Made by a program: the position numbers and the translations under genes. A stretch of 63,305 nt of DNA, counting the filler, from Pseudomonadota bacterium (lineage in GTDB: Bacteria; Desulfobacterota; Desulfobacteria; Desulfobacterales; JBDRRP01): NCBI GenBank assembly GCA_043825735.1. It is 4 parts of 4 records of this genome, joined end to end, with 100 filler letters (N's around TTAATTAATTAA, not from the genome) between each part and the next. Parts side by side here need not be neighbours in the genome. Positions count along the whole stretch, not along the records: positions 29,705 to 57,579 come from JBDRRP010000084.1; 3 more parts are not named here. One strand, 5' to 3'. Each line of letters starts with the position of its first letter. Position 1 is the first letter of the stretch. Shown piece by piece: positions 31,046 through 39,864 of this stretch. The notes below the pieces were generated by a model, which did no database searches, had not been told where the DNA came from, and saw nothing but the letters and a program-made list of their open reading frames with translations.

Positions 31046-31846
31046 ATGCGAACCGCTGATTTTTTTGAAACCCACCCGGTTTTTGGTCACGCGGAGTTTG
31101 TTGCGGCTCACACGGCCAATGGACGCAGTGAATACACCAGCAACAACCTGCTGGCCAAACATCTGGCGTCCGGCCGCCTGATCCGCGTACGGCGCGGGCT
31201 TTATGCCGTGGTGCCGCGCGGGGTCGATCCGCAAAAGGCTGTCGTGGATCCGTATCTGCTGGCTTCAAGCCTGAGCGATGATGCCGTGGTCGCTTACCAT
31301 GGGGCCCTGCAGTTTCACGGAAAAACCTATTCGATTTGGCGGCGGGTGCACTACCTAACGGGCAGGCGGACGCGGCCATTTTCCTTTCGGGGAATGGAGT
31401 TTGTTCCCTTGCGGGTACCCCCGGCGCTTCGCAGCCTGCCCCGGTGGGGAGGCGGCGTCAACACGGTGTCCCACGCGGGCGGGAAAGCAAGGGTCACCAC
31501 CTTGGAGCGCACGTTGGTGGATGTCCTGGACAAGCCGGATAAATGCGGCGGATGGGAAGAGACCTGGCGGTCCCTTGAAATGGTGGAGTTTTTCGACCTC
31601 GATACCGTCATCGCCTATGCTACGGCGCTCGGCTCGTCTCTGACCGTTGCAAAGGTCGGGTTTTTCCTGGAGCAGCATCGCAAGGCGCTCATGGTGGAGG
31701 ACAAGCACCTGGCGACCCTTGCCGAAAGGGCGCCGAAGCAGCCCCGCTATCTTGACGGAACCCGCGAAGCCGGCAGGCTTCTTTCCCCATGGAATCTGGT
31801 TGTGCCCCAGTGGGTGCTGGACCGCCGCTGGCAGGAGGTGGCGTGA
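31046..31846 (+). CDS. Type IV TA system AbiEi-family antitoxin / transcriptional regulator
   Basis: LIRVRRGLYAVVP, AYHGALQFHG, VTTLERTLVDVL, WNLVVP; AGGAG RBS. Confidence 0.85.
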   Translation: MRTADFFETHPVFGHAEFVAAHTANGRSEYTSNNLLAKHLASGRLIRVRRGLYAVVPRGVDPQKAVVDPYLLASSLSDDAVVAYHGALQFHGKTYSIWRRVHYLTGRRTRPFSFRGMEFVPLRVPPALRSLPRWGGGVNTVSHAGGKARVTTLERTLVDVLDKPDKCGGWEETWRSLEMVEFFDLDTVIAYATALGSSLTVAKVGFFLEQHRKALMVEDKHLATLAERAPKQPRYLDGTREAGRLLSPWNLVVPQWVLDRRWQEVA

Positions 31847-32109
31847 CACTTTCCAGAGCAGAATTGGAACGGGAAACCGCTGCCACAGGGTTTCAGGCCG
31901 AACCCCTGGAAAAGGTGGCCAGACTGCTTGAATTGCTTCAATCCCTAAAAAGCCACCCTTTCCTGAAAGACCGATTTGCCCTCAAGGGCGGCACGGCCCT
32001 AAACCTTTTTTGGGCCGATGTGCCCCGGCTCTCAGTGGACCTGGAGGGTTCTCAGGGGACGTTGTTGACAAATGTATACTTATTTTATTGTCTCCAATTT
32101 CTTCATTGA
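31843..32109 (+). pseudogene. Truncated AbiEii nucleotidyltransferase toxin
   Basis: GTG overlaps the antitoxin stop; LKGGTALN...RLSVDL motif, after which homology breaks off at about residue 67. Confidence 0.85.
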
Positions 32110-32299
32110 TGCTGCCTACGACATGGCTGTCGAGACGCGCCGATCTGCCCAAACGTTTGGACAGATCGCACATCGATTTGGGGTCGCCCAAGCTATCCGG
32201 CTGGCATTGCCTTAGAAACCCTGCGCTTCGCTTGGGTTCCAGGCGAAAACCATAGTTGCTGGCGCAAAGAATTTAGATCGCGGCCTACGGCCACAATCT

Positions 32300-32322
32300 A
32301 AAGCCACCGGCTTTGCCGGTGG
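32300..32322. repeat. 23-bp hairpin-containing repeat, copy 1 (REP / IS200-IS605-end-like)
   Basis: aaagccaccggctttgccggtgg, identical at 44568-44590. Confidence 0.75.
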
Positions 32323-32635
32323 GCGTTTACTCCAACAATAGTCCTGAAAATACCCCCTCAAAATTGCTTTAAAACGCACTTTTCAGGTGCAAAATCGGCG
32401 GATTATGGAAAACATATGGAGTCAGGTATTCCCTTGGTCTGAGCACTTCAATCTTCTTGCGACCGCTGGCTTCAAGCACCCTGCCTCAAACCGGTGAAAG
32501 CCCGAACTCACCAGTTTTCTTGACAATATGGTTCATAGCCGATAACTTTTGACACCGCTCCCAACTGGCAACTCAAATCCGCTAACGGTTTCGATACACC
32601 ATGCGGATGCAAGAGGGCTTCAAGGAACTATCGTC

Positions 32636-32941
32636 ATGAAAAAATCCAGAGTTGAAATTGCCAAGGAACCTATTGCTGAATTCTGTCGCCGCCACGGGAT
32701 CCAGCGGCTTTCTCTTTTCGGCTCCGTCCTCACCGAAGATTTCAACCCGGAAAGCGATGTGGATGTGCTCATCGAATTCAAACCAGGAATCCGCGTAGGA
32801 ATGATACGACTCGCTGGTCTTGAAGGAGAGCTCAGCGATATGATCGGCCGCAAAGTGGACCTGAACACCCCCGGTTTTATCAGCAAATACTTCCGAAAAC
32901 GCGTCCTGTCGGAAAGAGAAATACACTATGCCGAAGCGTGA
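32636..32941 (+). CDS. Minimal nucleotidyltransferase (MNT) antitoxin of an MNT-HEPN pair
   Basis: LFGSV...SDVDVLIEF...GRKVDL motifs. Confidence 0.92.
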   Translation: MKKSRVEIAKEPIAEFCRRHGIQRLSLFGSVLTEDFNPESDVDVLIEFKPGIRVGMIRLAGLEGELSDMIGRKVDLNTPGFISKYFRKRVLSEREIHYAEA

Positions 32942-33278
32942 CGACACCGTTGTTCTGCGCCACATGCTCGACCACGCCCGAGAAGCTGTTGGAATGATCG
33001 CTGGCAAAACCCGCAAAGACCTCGACGCTGAAAGGATGTTAGAGCTATCACTGACTCGTTTAGTTGAAATTGTCGGTGAAGCAGCAGGCAGGGTAAGTGT
33101 ACAAGGCCAAGAAGAACATCCGGCGATTCCTTGGAAAGAGATAATCGGAATGCGCAACCGACTGATCCACGGCTACGACAGTGTCGATCTCGACGTGCTG
33201 TGGGATACCGTCGATCTCGACCTCCCGCCATTGATCATAGCGTTAGAAAAAATTGAGATGCCGTCCATAGACCCATAA
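32928..33278 (+). CDS. HEPN (DUF86/HepT-like) RNase toxin
   Basis: EIVGEAA, IPWKEI, RNRLIHGY (RX4HXY) motif; overlaps the MNT gene. Confidence 0.92.
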   Translation: MPKRDDTVVLRHMLDHAREAVGMIAGKTRKDLDAERMLELSLTRLVEIVGEAAGRVSVQGQEEHPAIPWKEIIGMRNRLIHGYDSVDLDVLWDTVDLDLPPLIIALEKIEMPSIDP

Positions 33279-33345
33279 AATTGGTCTCGTTGTGATTTTG
33301 GGTCGCACCAAGCTACCCGCCTGACGTTTGCGGATTCGGGGTCGG

Positions 33346-33600
33346 GCCATGCGGGTATCCTCGGTCGGCTTTGCCTTCGATGCGGTCGAAGAGGTCCTGG
33401 ACCAAGCCAAAAAAACAGCAGAAGTCACTCACAACCACCCTGAAGGAATCAAAGGGGCCTAGGCAACCGCGCTGGCCATCCTGATGGCACGCTTCGGTGA
33501 GAGCAAGGGGACCATCCGCAAGGAGATCGCCGGCCGCTTCGGCTACGATCTGGACCGTACGGTGGACGGCATCCGGCCAGGCTACCGACTCAACGAAACT
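33346..33600 (+). pseudogene. ADP-ribosylglycohydrolase family relic
   Basis: Manual translation AMRVSSVGFAF...AEVTHNHPEGIKGA*ATALAIL...FGYDLDRT...IRP with an in-frame TAG and no N- or C-terminus. Confidence 0.8.
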
Positions 33601-33630
33601 TACGAATGCACATTCTGACAGGGAGAACAG

Positions 33631-34416
33631 GTGCCGGTTTCGACAATTTTTCACATCCCCCACGCTTCGACCGTGATTCCAGCAGAGCACCGCGCCGCCT
33701 TTCTGCTTTCGGACAGTGAACTGGGCGACCAAGTCCTGTGCATGACCGATCATTTCACCGACGAGTTGTTCAATTTGCCGGACCGAAGCGTTCAAAGGAT
33801 CGTCTACCCGGTCAGCAGGCTGGTATTGGACCCAGAGCGCTTTCTCGACGACGCCCAGGAGCCCATGGCCAAGAAAGGCATGGGTGTCATCTACGAAAAA
33901 ACGGTTGACGGTCGCCTACTCCGGGACAAACCGACCGAAAAGGAAAGAGCCGAGCTGCTTGAACGCTACTATCACCCCCACCACCAGAAATTTACCGAGG
34001 CAGTGGACCACGTGTTAGCTGCCACAGGCCGCTGCCTGATCATAGACTGCCACAGCTTTCCGGATGCCCCCCTACCCTACGAGGATGACCAAAACCCCAA
34101 CCGTCCGGACATCTGCATCGGGACCGATAGCTTTCACACTGACGAGGTCCTCTCAATCCTCACATTCAAAGTTTTTCAGGAAGTGGGGTTCTCGGTGGCA
34201 TTCAACCGCCCATTTGCCGGCACTATCGTGCCGATGAAATATTACCGCTGCACCAAAGCGGTTCAGTCGATCATGATCGAGATCAACCGCAAGCTTTACA
34301 TGAATGAGGAGACCGATGAAAAACTTTCCTCGTTTGACGAATTCGCTGGATCGGTTCAGGGGTGCTTGACCAAGTTGCTCAGTGATTACCTCAGACAAAC
34401 AGGCACACATCATTAA
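33631..34416 (+). CDS. N-formylglutamate amidohydrolase family protein
   Basis: HIPHAS, SRLVLDPER, YYHPHH, IDCHSF, RPDICIG, NRPFAG, MIEINR. Confidence 0.9.
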   Translation: MPVSTIFHIPHASTVIPAEHRAAFLLSDSELGDQVLCMTDHFTDELFNLPDRSVQRIVYPVSRLVLDPERFLDDAQEPMAKKGMGVIYEKTVDGRLLRDKPTEKERAELLERYYHPHHQKFTEAVDHVLAATGRCLIIDCHSFPDAPLPYEDDQNPNRPDICIGTDSFHTDEVLSILTFKVFQEVGFSVAFNRPFAGTIVPMKYYRCTKAVQSIMIEINRKLYMNEETDEKLSSFDEFAGSVQGCLTKLLSDYLRQTGTHH

Positions 34417-34432
34417 ATGAGACCGTACCGAT

Positions 34433-35974
34433 TTATGTGGCGACACCATGCGGGGTCGGTACTTCAAGCAGGCGCGCAATAAAACGGGCAAACGGCAAGA
34501 TGTCCTGCGTGACGCTGGCGCTTTCCAAGGCATCCATATAGTCGTCGCGCTTTTCAACCGGTATGACCGTCCAGGGATGCCCGCCGGCAGCCAGCATGAG
34601 GTTCATGATAAACCGGCCCATGCGGCCGTTGCCGTCCATGTATGGATGAATATAGACGAAAATGAAATGACCGAGGACAACCCGCACCGAAGGTTCCGCT
34701 TCTTCTCCAAGCTGATCGAAGAAGGCCGGCATGCAGTCCCGCACAGCCTCGTAGCGTGGCGGAACATGCCTTGAGCGCCGAATGAACACCTGTCCGTTTC
34801 GATAGCCGGCAAGGTCAGCCGGCTTGATTAAGCCGGCGGCGACTTCCGGTCCGAACATTTCCCGATACCAGTCGCGGTGACCCTCTTCACAGACGGTGCC
34901 GGGATTGGCACCTTCGAGGACCTTGCGGACACTGTGCCTGACAGACTGATACGCCTGCCAATATCCTCGTGCGGCCAACGCATTGCGCATCCGGCGGTCA
35001 TCTGTGCCTTCTTCAGGGTCCCACTGGCCGCTTCGAACCCGCTCGATCAGTTCCGGGCTGACCCGGTATCCCTCGATGGAAAGCGAGTGATAGGCATCCT
35101 TGACGTAATTGTCGTCGGTCGTTTTCATGTAGGCCTCGATGTCGACGGGACGATCCGGCGCCGCTGGAAAGGCGTCGATGATCACCTCGCGCATCTGTTG
35201 CCACATCAAGCGAATCCGGCTCGCATAGGGCGATCGGGCCGGCGCCGCCGGCACCGACAGGATGGAAGTTTCAAATGGATCGCTTTCTCGGACGTCGTAG
35301 CCAGCTGTCCGCATCGTCTTGACGATGTCGTCTGCGGCGCGGTTTCGTCCAATGTTGCGAAGCGCACCGGCAAGACGGCCGGCAACGGTGGAACGCCCTC
35401 CCTCCAGTAACGGTGCCAACACCTCGGAAGCATCGCCAATCGTGGCCAGGACGGCGCGGGCATCGATGGTGTGCTGCTGAAAAAACGACGGCCCGCAGCT
35501 CACCAGGCCCGCCGAAACGCTGAAAAGCCGCAGGCCGCTTTTCTCGACAAACTGACCTTCGGCGGGCAGCACCGCCCGCACATCAAGCAGAGATGTATCG
35601 TGCAGCAGTGCCGTAGCCCTGTTGCGCGCTTTCGGCGAGCGCACAAGCAGTTGATCCGGCACGGTCATGTTGCCCACATGAAGCAGCAGGGATTGCTCTG
35701 GCGAAAGGCAATAGTCTGTCCCAAAGCGCTGTCTCAAATAAACGGCGCAGAAATCCCAGAACGACGCATACCAGGCGGTGCTTTCCCCTGCGACCTCATC
35801 GGGTCGTGCAATCAGGTACCATCCCTTGATAATCTCTTTCAGAAAGCCGTTGCGAATCAGGCGCTCCCGATGGGTGCGCGTCAACTCGCGTGAGCGCAGG
35901 GCAACGGCCCCTCGTTTTTGGAAAGAGCGCAGAATCTCAAGGGAAACCGCCAGTTTTTCGTGTGGAGTGGTCAT
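34433..35974 (-). CDS. Fic family protein with an extended AbiEi-like N-terminal region
   Basis: HPYMDGNGRMGR Fic motif near the C-terminus; SLSIEGY motif. Confidence 0.9.
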   Translation of the reverse strand: MTTPHEKLAVSLEILRSFQKRGAVALRSRELTRTHRERLIRNGFLKEIIKGWYLIARPDEVAGESTAWYASFWDFCAVYLRQRFGTDYCLSPEQSLLLHVGNMTVPDQLLVRSPKARNRATALLHDTSLLDVRAVLPAEGQFVEKSGLRLFSVSAGLVSCGPSFFQQHTIDARAVLATIGDASEVLAPLLEGGRSTVAGRLAGALRNIGRNRAADDIVKTMRTAGYDVRESDPFETSILSVPAAPARSPYASRIRLMWQQMREVIIDAFPAAPDRPVDIEAYMKTTDDNYVKDAYHSLSIEGYRVSPELIERVRSGQWDPEEGTDDRRMRNALAARGYWQAYQSVRHSVRKVLEGANPGTVCEEGHRDWYREMFGPEVAAGLIKPADLAGYRNGQVFIRRSRHVPPRYEAVRDCMPAFFDQLGEEAEPSVRVVLGHFIFVYIHPYMDGNGRMGRFIMNLMLAAGGHPWTVIPVEKRDDYMDALESASVTQDILPFARFIARLLEVPTPHGVAT

Positions 35975-35986
35975 ACCCCCCGCAAT

Positions 35987-36076
35987 ATTAGCTTTTAATG
36001 CCGTGTGTAAATTAGCTTAATATGACGTTCTATAATTAGCTTATTGCGCCGTATCAAAATTAGCTTGTTCTGTCGA
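35987..36076. repeat. Four direct repeats with an exact 24-bp period upstream of the Fic gene
   Basis: ttagctt at 35988, 36012, 36036 and 36060, each followed by a g.cg core. Confidence 0.85.
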
Positions 36077-36273
36077 GATTAAAAGTAAGGACCCATAACT
36101 TTCTCGACTGTCATCCGAATCATTGGCCCTAAACATGCCCAAAACGGTGTTTTGAGCGAATTTTGGCCGAAATCGGACCCAACTTTTTTCGAGTCTTTCG
36201 AGACGTCGCTCGTTTTGCATGGGATGTCGGATCGTTACGAGGGACTTCGGTGCCGATCCGAGCTGTTAAATAA

Positions 36274-36396
36274 AAGGAAATTTGTGCGCCTCCGGCGCAT
36301 TCAAATCTTCCGCCACAAACCCGGCGGATAAATCTCGCCCCGACCAAAAAACGTATGAAACAAGGGGGTTGCTTCGGCAGCGCCCTTTTTCATTTT
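36274..36396 (+). repeat. ~123-bp direct repeat, copy 1: disrupted tRNA-Pro 3' end plus terminator (att-like)
   Basis: ttcaaatc...tctcgccccgacca matches the T-loop and acceptor 3' strand of tRNA-Pro; near-identical to 45910-46033. Confidence 0.8.
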
Positions 36397-36732
36397 CTGG
36401 CGCAGTTTCGGAGACGAAATGGGCTGTTTGAGGCAAAAACCCGGGGTGAATTTGGTATTTAATCTTTGATATTTGCCGGATAGCGTGGGCGCCTCCAGGC
36501 TCCGTAGCGTTATCTGGTGCACCTTATACTTACATAAAAGGCATTATTTAAGTTTTCATACACAAATATGTAATCTTGGAGGTTTTTGAGGGAAAGCGGC
36601 AAATTCTTTTGTGAAGCGCTTTGATACGGGCGTTAGCCTCTAAAAACCTATATATTATTGTATTTACAGCATATATACATATTTTACGTGGCATCCATAT
36701 GTTGTTTTAATGTTGGAATCTAAAATTAAGCT

Positions 36733-36772
36733 ACCGCATAATTGTATACAATCCTGGATACAATTATGCGGT
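36733..36772. promoter_or_regulatory. Palindromic operator, probably for the downstream GntR regulator
   Basis: accgcataattgtat / atacaattatgcggt perfect 15-bp arms containing TTGTATACAA and TGGATACA boxes. Confidence 0.7.
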
Positions 36773-36889
36773 TTTGTCGTTTATGCGGAGATCTTGTCGA
36801 TTCATAAAATGTCTCCCCAAGATCACATCTTGGGTGAAAAGGATATAATTCCAGGTTGTTATGTAATTTTTCGGAACGTTTTCCAAGGC

Positions 36890-36904
36890 TGGCACGGACA
36901 TTGC
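36890..36904 (+). promoter_or_regulatory. Sigma-54 (-24/-12) promoter
   Basis: TGGCAC-GGACA-TTGC, exact match to the TGGCAC-N5-TTGC consensus, about 105 bp before the first gene. Confidence 0.8.
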
Positions 36905-37010
36905 CATTTTAAGACTCGGTATCGAAATAACGGATAGCCGGGATGTCGAGGGCGACAACCAACGATTACCGTGGCACCCGTGATCAACCAAGCACCCCCA
37001 GGAGCGCGTT

Positions 37011-37826
37011 ATGAAAACTTCAACCCTGATTTCCACCGCTCATATCATGGTTCGTCGGTCAGTCAATCATTCCGCCTTTAGACGCTTCGTAGAACTGACC
37101 ACCGGTCCCATCCTGTTGATCGGCGTGTGGTGGGTCGCCTATGCCGGTGAACTGGTTGATCCCAACCTGCTTCCGTCGCCGTTTGCCACCATCAGTGATA
37201 CCTGGGCCAATCTTCTCTCGGGGGACATTTTGAAAGATTTCTGGAGCACACTGCTTCTGGTTTCCAAGGCCTTTATATTTGCCGCAATTTTTGGCGTGCC
37301 CGCAGGGATTGCGGTGGGTGCCAACCAGAACATCTATCGATCCATTGAATTTGTCATCGATTTTTTCCGATCTACGCCGGCAACAGCAATGTTTCCCCTG
37401 TTTTTGCTGCTGTTTGGGTTAGGAGATTTTTCCAAAATCGCAGTGGCCGCGTTTTCGGCTTGGCTTATCATCGTTTTCAATGTCGCCTACGGCGTCATGA
37501 ACGCACGAAAAACCCGAATTCTGGCGGCACGGTCCATGGGCGCGTCATCGATTCGGATATTTTCCGATGTCATCTTCTACGAAACCTTGCCGCAGACGTT
37601 CGTTGGCTTGCGCACGGCAGTTTCGCTGACGCTTGTCGTCATTATCGTGGCTGAAATGTTCATCGGTGCCATGGATGGGTTGGGGCACCGAATCATCGAC
37701 GCGCAAATTTCCTATCAGTTGACTGATATGTACGGCTCGATCCTGGTGGCCGGCGCCATGGGATACGGCCTCAACTACTTCTTCCTCATGATCGAGAAAA
37801 TTATTGTTCATTGGTCGGGACATTAA
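37011..37826 (+). CDS. NitT/TauT family ABC importer permease
   Basis: LLPSP, FFRSTPA, EAA-like AARSMGAS loop, IVAEM...GLGH. Confidence 0.92.
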   Translation: MKTSTLISTAHIMVRRSVNHSAFRRFVELTTGPILLIGVWWVAYAGELVDPNLLPSPFATISDTWANLLSGDILKDFWSTLLLVSKAFIFAAIFGVPAGIAVGANQNIYRSIEFVIDFFRSTPATAMFPLFLLLFGLGDFSKIAVAAFSAWLIIVFNVAYGVMNARKTRILAARSMGASSIRIFSDVIFYETLPQTFVGLRTAVSLTLVVIIVAEMFIGAMDGLGHRIIDAQISYQLTDMYGSILVAGAMGYGLNYFFLMIEKIIVHWSGH

Positions 37827-37887
37827 ACCACCCGGCCTGGATGTGTAAACCCAATGCCCCATATGAAAACCACAGGAGAATCGTATC

Positions 37888-38889
37888 ATGAAAAAAATCT
37901 TTGGGCTTCTTTCAGTTCTGGCAATTTTCGGAATGCTTACTTTCAATGTCTCTTTTGCAAACGCCCAGTCGAAGAAGATGGAAAAAGTGGTGGCTGCCTG
38001 GCTGCCGATCATGCAGACGACGGCCTTCTATGTGGCGCTGGAGGAAGGATTGTTCGAGGAGGCCGGTATTGAGATCGTATCGCACAAAATGCAGTCTCCC
38101 AACCATATCATCGATGCATTGGTTGGCGGTCGAGCCGATTTCGGCCCCCCGGGTGCGGCGGCCGGGATCGCCATGTTGGCTGAGTCCAAATTCCCGGGCA
38201 CGTTCAAGGTCTTCGGTTTGCAGGGCGGCGGTATCAAAGTGAACCTCATCAACGACGGACTCATCGTCAAGGCCGACAGCGACATCAAGACTTTCGCTGA
38301 TCTTAAGGGGAAACGGTTGGGCCATGTGCCGGGGATTCAGTGGCGCACCATTTCAAAGCATATGGTGCGAGCGTTTGGGCTGGACCCGGACAATGACGTC
38401 ATCCTGACAGACCTGGCCGTAGCCATGCAGGTGCCGGCAGTCATTGGCGGCAGCGTCGATGCCACCCTATCGTTGGAACCGGTCGGATCCATCGCGGTCG
38501 CTTCGGGCAAGGCGAAGCGAGCCATGACCAATCCTGTAGCGACGGTTATCTCAGATCCCTTCTATTCAGGTGCCGCAGTGTTGACGACAAAGTTCATGAA
38601 GGAGCGCCCTGAGGTCGCCAAAAAGGTGGTCGAGGTCATCGACAAGGCGACGAAGTTAGCCATGGCGGATTTTGAAAAATACAAGGTTATCATCCCCAAG
38701 TACACCGCCATAAAATCCGATCAACTTCACCTGCTGGCAAAGCCCTATCTGAGGCCTTTTGACGAACTCAATGAAACAGACTTGAATTCCTACCAGGCGT
38801 TTGTGGATGTTTTTTACTCCGAAGGCGTTATGAAAGAGCGGATGGATGTCCGTCAAAAAATGTTGAAGCCGTCTGATCTCGGATTGTAG
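37888..38889 (+). CDS. NitT/TauT (SsuA/THI5-like) ABC substrate-binding protein
   Basis: Signal peptide; YVALEEGLFEEAGI, ADLKGKRLG, VDAT..LEP. Confidence 0.9.
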   Translation: MKKIFGLLSVLAIFGMLTFNVSFANAQSKKMEKVVAAWLPIMQTTAFYVALEEGLFEEAGIEIVSHKMQSPNHIIDALVGGRADFGPPGAAAGIAMLAESKFPGTFKVFGLQGGGIKVNLINDGLIVKADSDIKTFADLKGKRLGHVPGIQWRTISKHMVRAFGLDPDNDVILTDLAVAMQVPAVIGGSVDATLSLEPVGSIAVASGKAKRAMTNPVATVISDPFYSGAAVLTTKFMKERPEVAKKVVEVIDKATKLAMADFEKYKVIIPKYTAIKSDQLHLLAKPYLRPFDELNETDLNSYQAFVDVFYSEGVMKERMDVRQKMLKPSDLGL

Positions 38890-38925
38890 CACCATGAATC
38901 TCGGTATGGAGATGGGAGGTTTTCG

Positions 38926-39783
38926 ATGGCAAGTCCGATGAGGACCTTGGAACCGATCGGATCGGGGGAGGAGATGGCCCCCGGTCCGAAGGGCAAAATG
39001 GAAAAGCCCCGAAAGCGACAGACTTATATTACGGTCCGTGGACTCACGAAAGCCTTCGGTGACCTTGTTGTATACGATGGCTTCGATCTGGATCTGCCCC
39101 AAGGCGAGTTCATCTCGGTCTTCGGACCCAACGGCTGCGGGAAAAGCACCCTGATCAATTTGATCTCCGGGTTGACCCCCATAGATGGGGGGGAAGTGCT
39201 CTTTGATGGCCAAACCATCAAGGAAACCAGGATTTCTTATGTTTTTCAGAATTATCGCGAGGCGCTTTTCCCCTGGCTGCGCGCCATTGACAACATCCAT
39301 TATCCTTTAAAAATCAAAGGACTGCGCCGGCATGAGCGCAAAGCGCGGGTGGAACGTCTTCTGGATGATTTCGAGGTCAATTTCGACCTCAACGCCTATC
39401 CGTACTCCCTGTCCGGGGGGCAGCAGCAAATGGTCTCCATCCTCAGGGCCCTGGTAACGGAACCGGAGGTCTTGTTTCTGGATGAACCGTTTTCCGCCCT
39501 GGACTACGAGATGACGCTGTTCATGCGTGAGCAGATCCAGAAGATTTACATGAAGACCAAAATGACCATGTTGCTGGTTTCTCACGATCTGGAAGAAGCG
39601 GTGCAGTTGGCCAGTCGGGTGCTGCTGCTGACACGGCGGCCAACGCGCGTGGCCGATTTCGTGACGGTGGATCTTTCCTGGCCAAGAAATTCCAGGTCCA
39701 TTATCGATCCGCGCTTTGTGGACTTGAAAAGTCACTGCCTGTCGATTTTCAGACGCGAGGCGGCCTTGTTCAGGTCGGTGTGA
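38926..39783 (+). CDS. NitT/TauT family ABC importer ATP-binding protein
   Basis: GPNGCGKST, LFPWL, LSGGQQQ, LDEPFSALD, SHDLEEA. Confidence 0.93.
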   Translation: MASPMRTLEPIGSGEEMAPGPKGKMEKPRKRQTYITVRGLTKAFGDLVVYDGFDLDLPQGEFISVFGPNGCGKSTLINLISGLTPIDGGEVLFDGQTIKETRISYVFQNYREALFPWLRAIDNIHYPLKIKGLRRHERKARVERLLDDFEVNFDLNAYPYSLSGGQQQMVSILRALVTEPEVLFLDEPFSALDYEMTLFMREQIQKIYMKTKMTMLLVSHDLEEAVQLASRVLLLTRRPTRVADFVTVDLSWPRNSRSIIDPRFVDLKSHCLSIFRREAALFRSV

Positions 39784-39864
39784 ACAAAAACCGTCATCCC
39801 GGCCATTGGACCAGTGTTACCTCCGGCCGGTATCAATGGCGATTTGACACAATAAGGAGAAATC

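Noticed and set aside
33455..33470. Pyrrolysine or stop-codon recoding at the in-frame TAG
   Set aside because: The gene is also truncated at both ends and no pyl genes are visible. A CAG-to-TAG nonsense change is simpler.
35987..36076. Possible mini CRISPR array
   Set aside because: The period is only 24 bp with an 8-bp conserved core, far below repeat-plus-spacer size, and no cas genes are present.
36283..36344. Possible miniature group II intron (starts GTGCG, ends CCGAC)
   Set aside because: There is no domain V or other intron domain, and the 3' part is better explained as a tRNA-Pro acceptor end (cgccccgacca).
36905..37010. Guanidine riboswitch ahead of the atzF-containing operon
   Set aside because: I could not find the conserved elements of guanidine-I, -II (paired ACGR loops) or -III classes by eye. 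A cmscan would be decisive.
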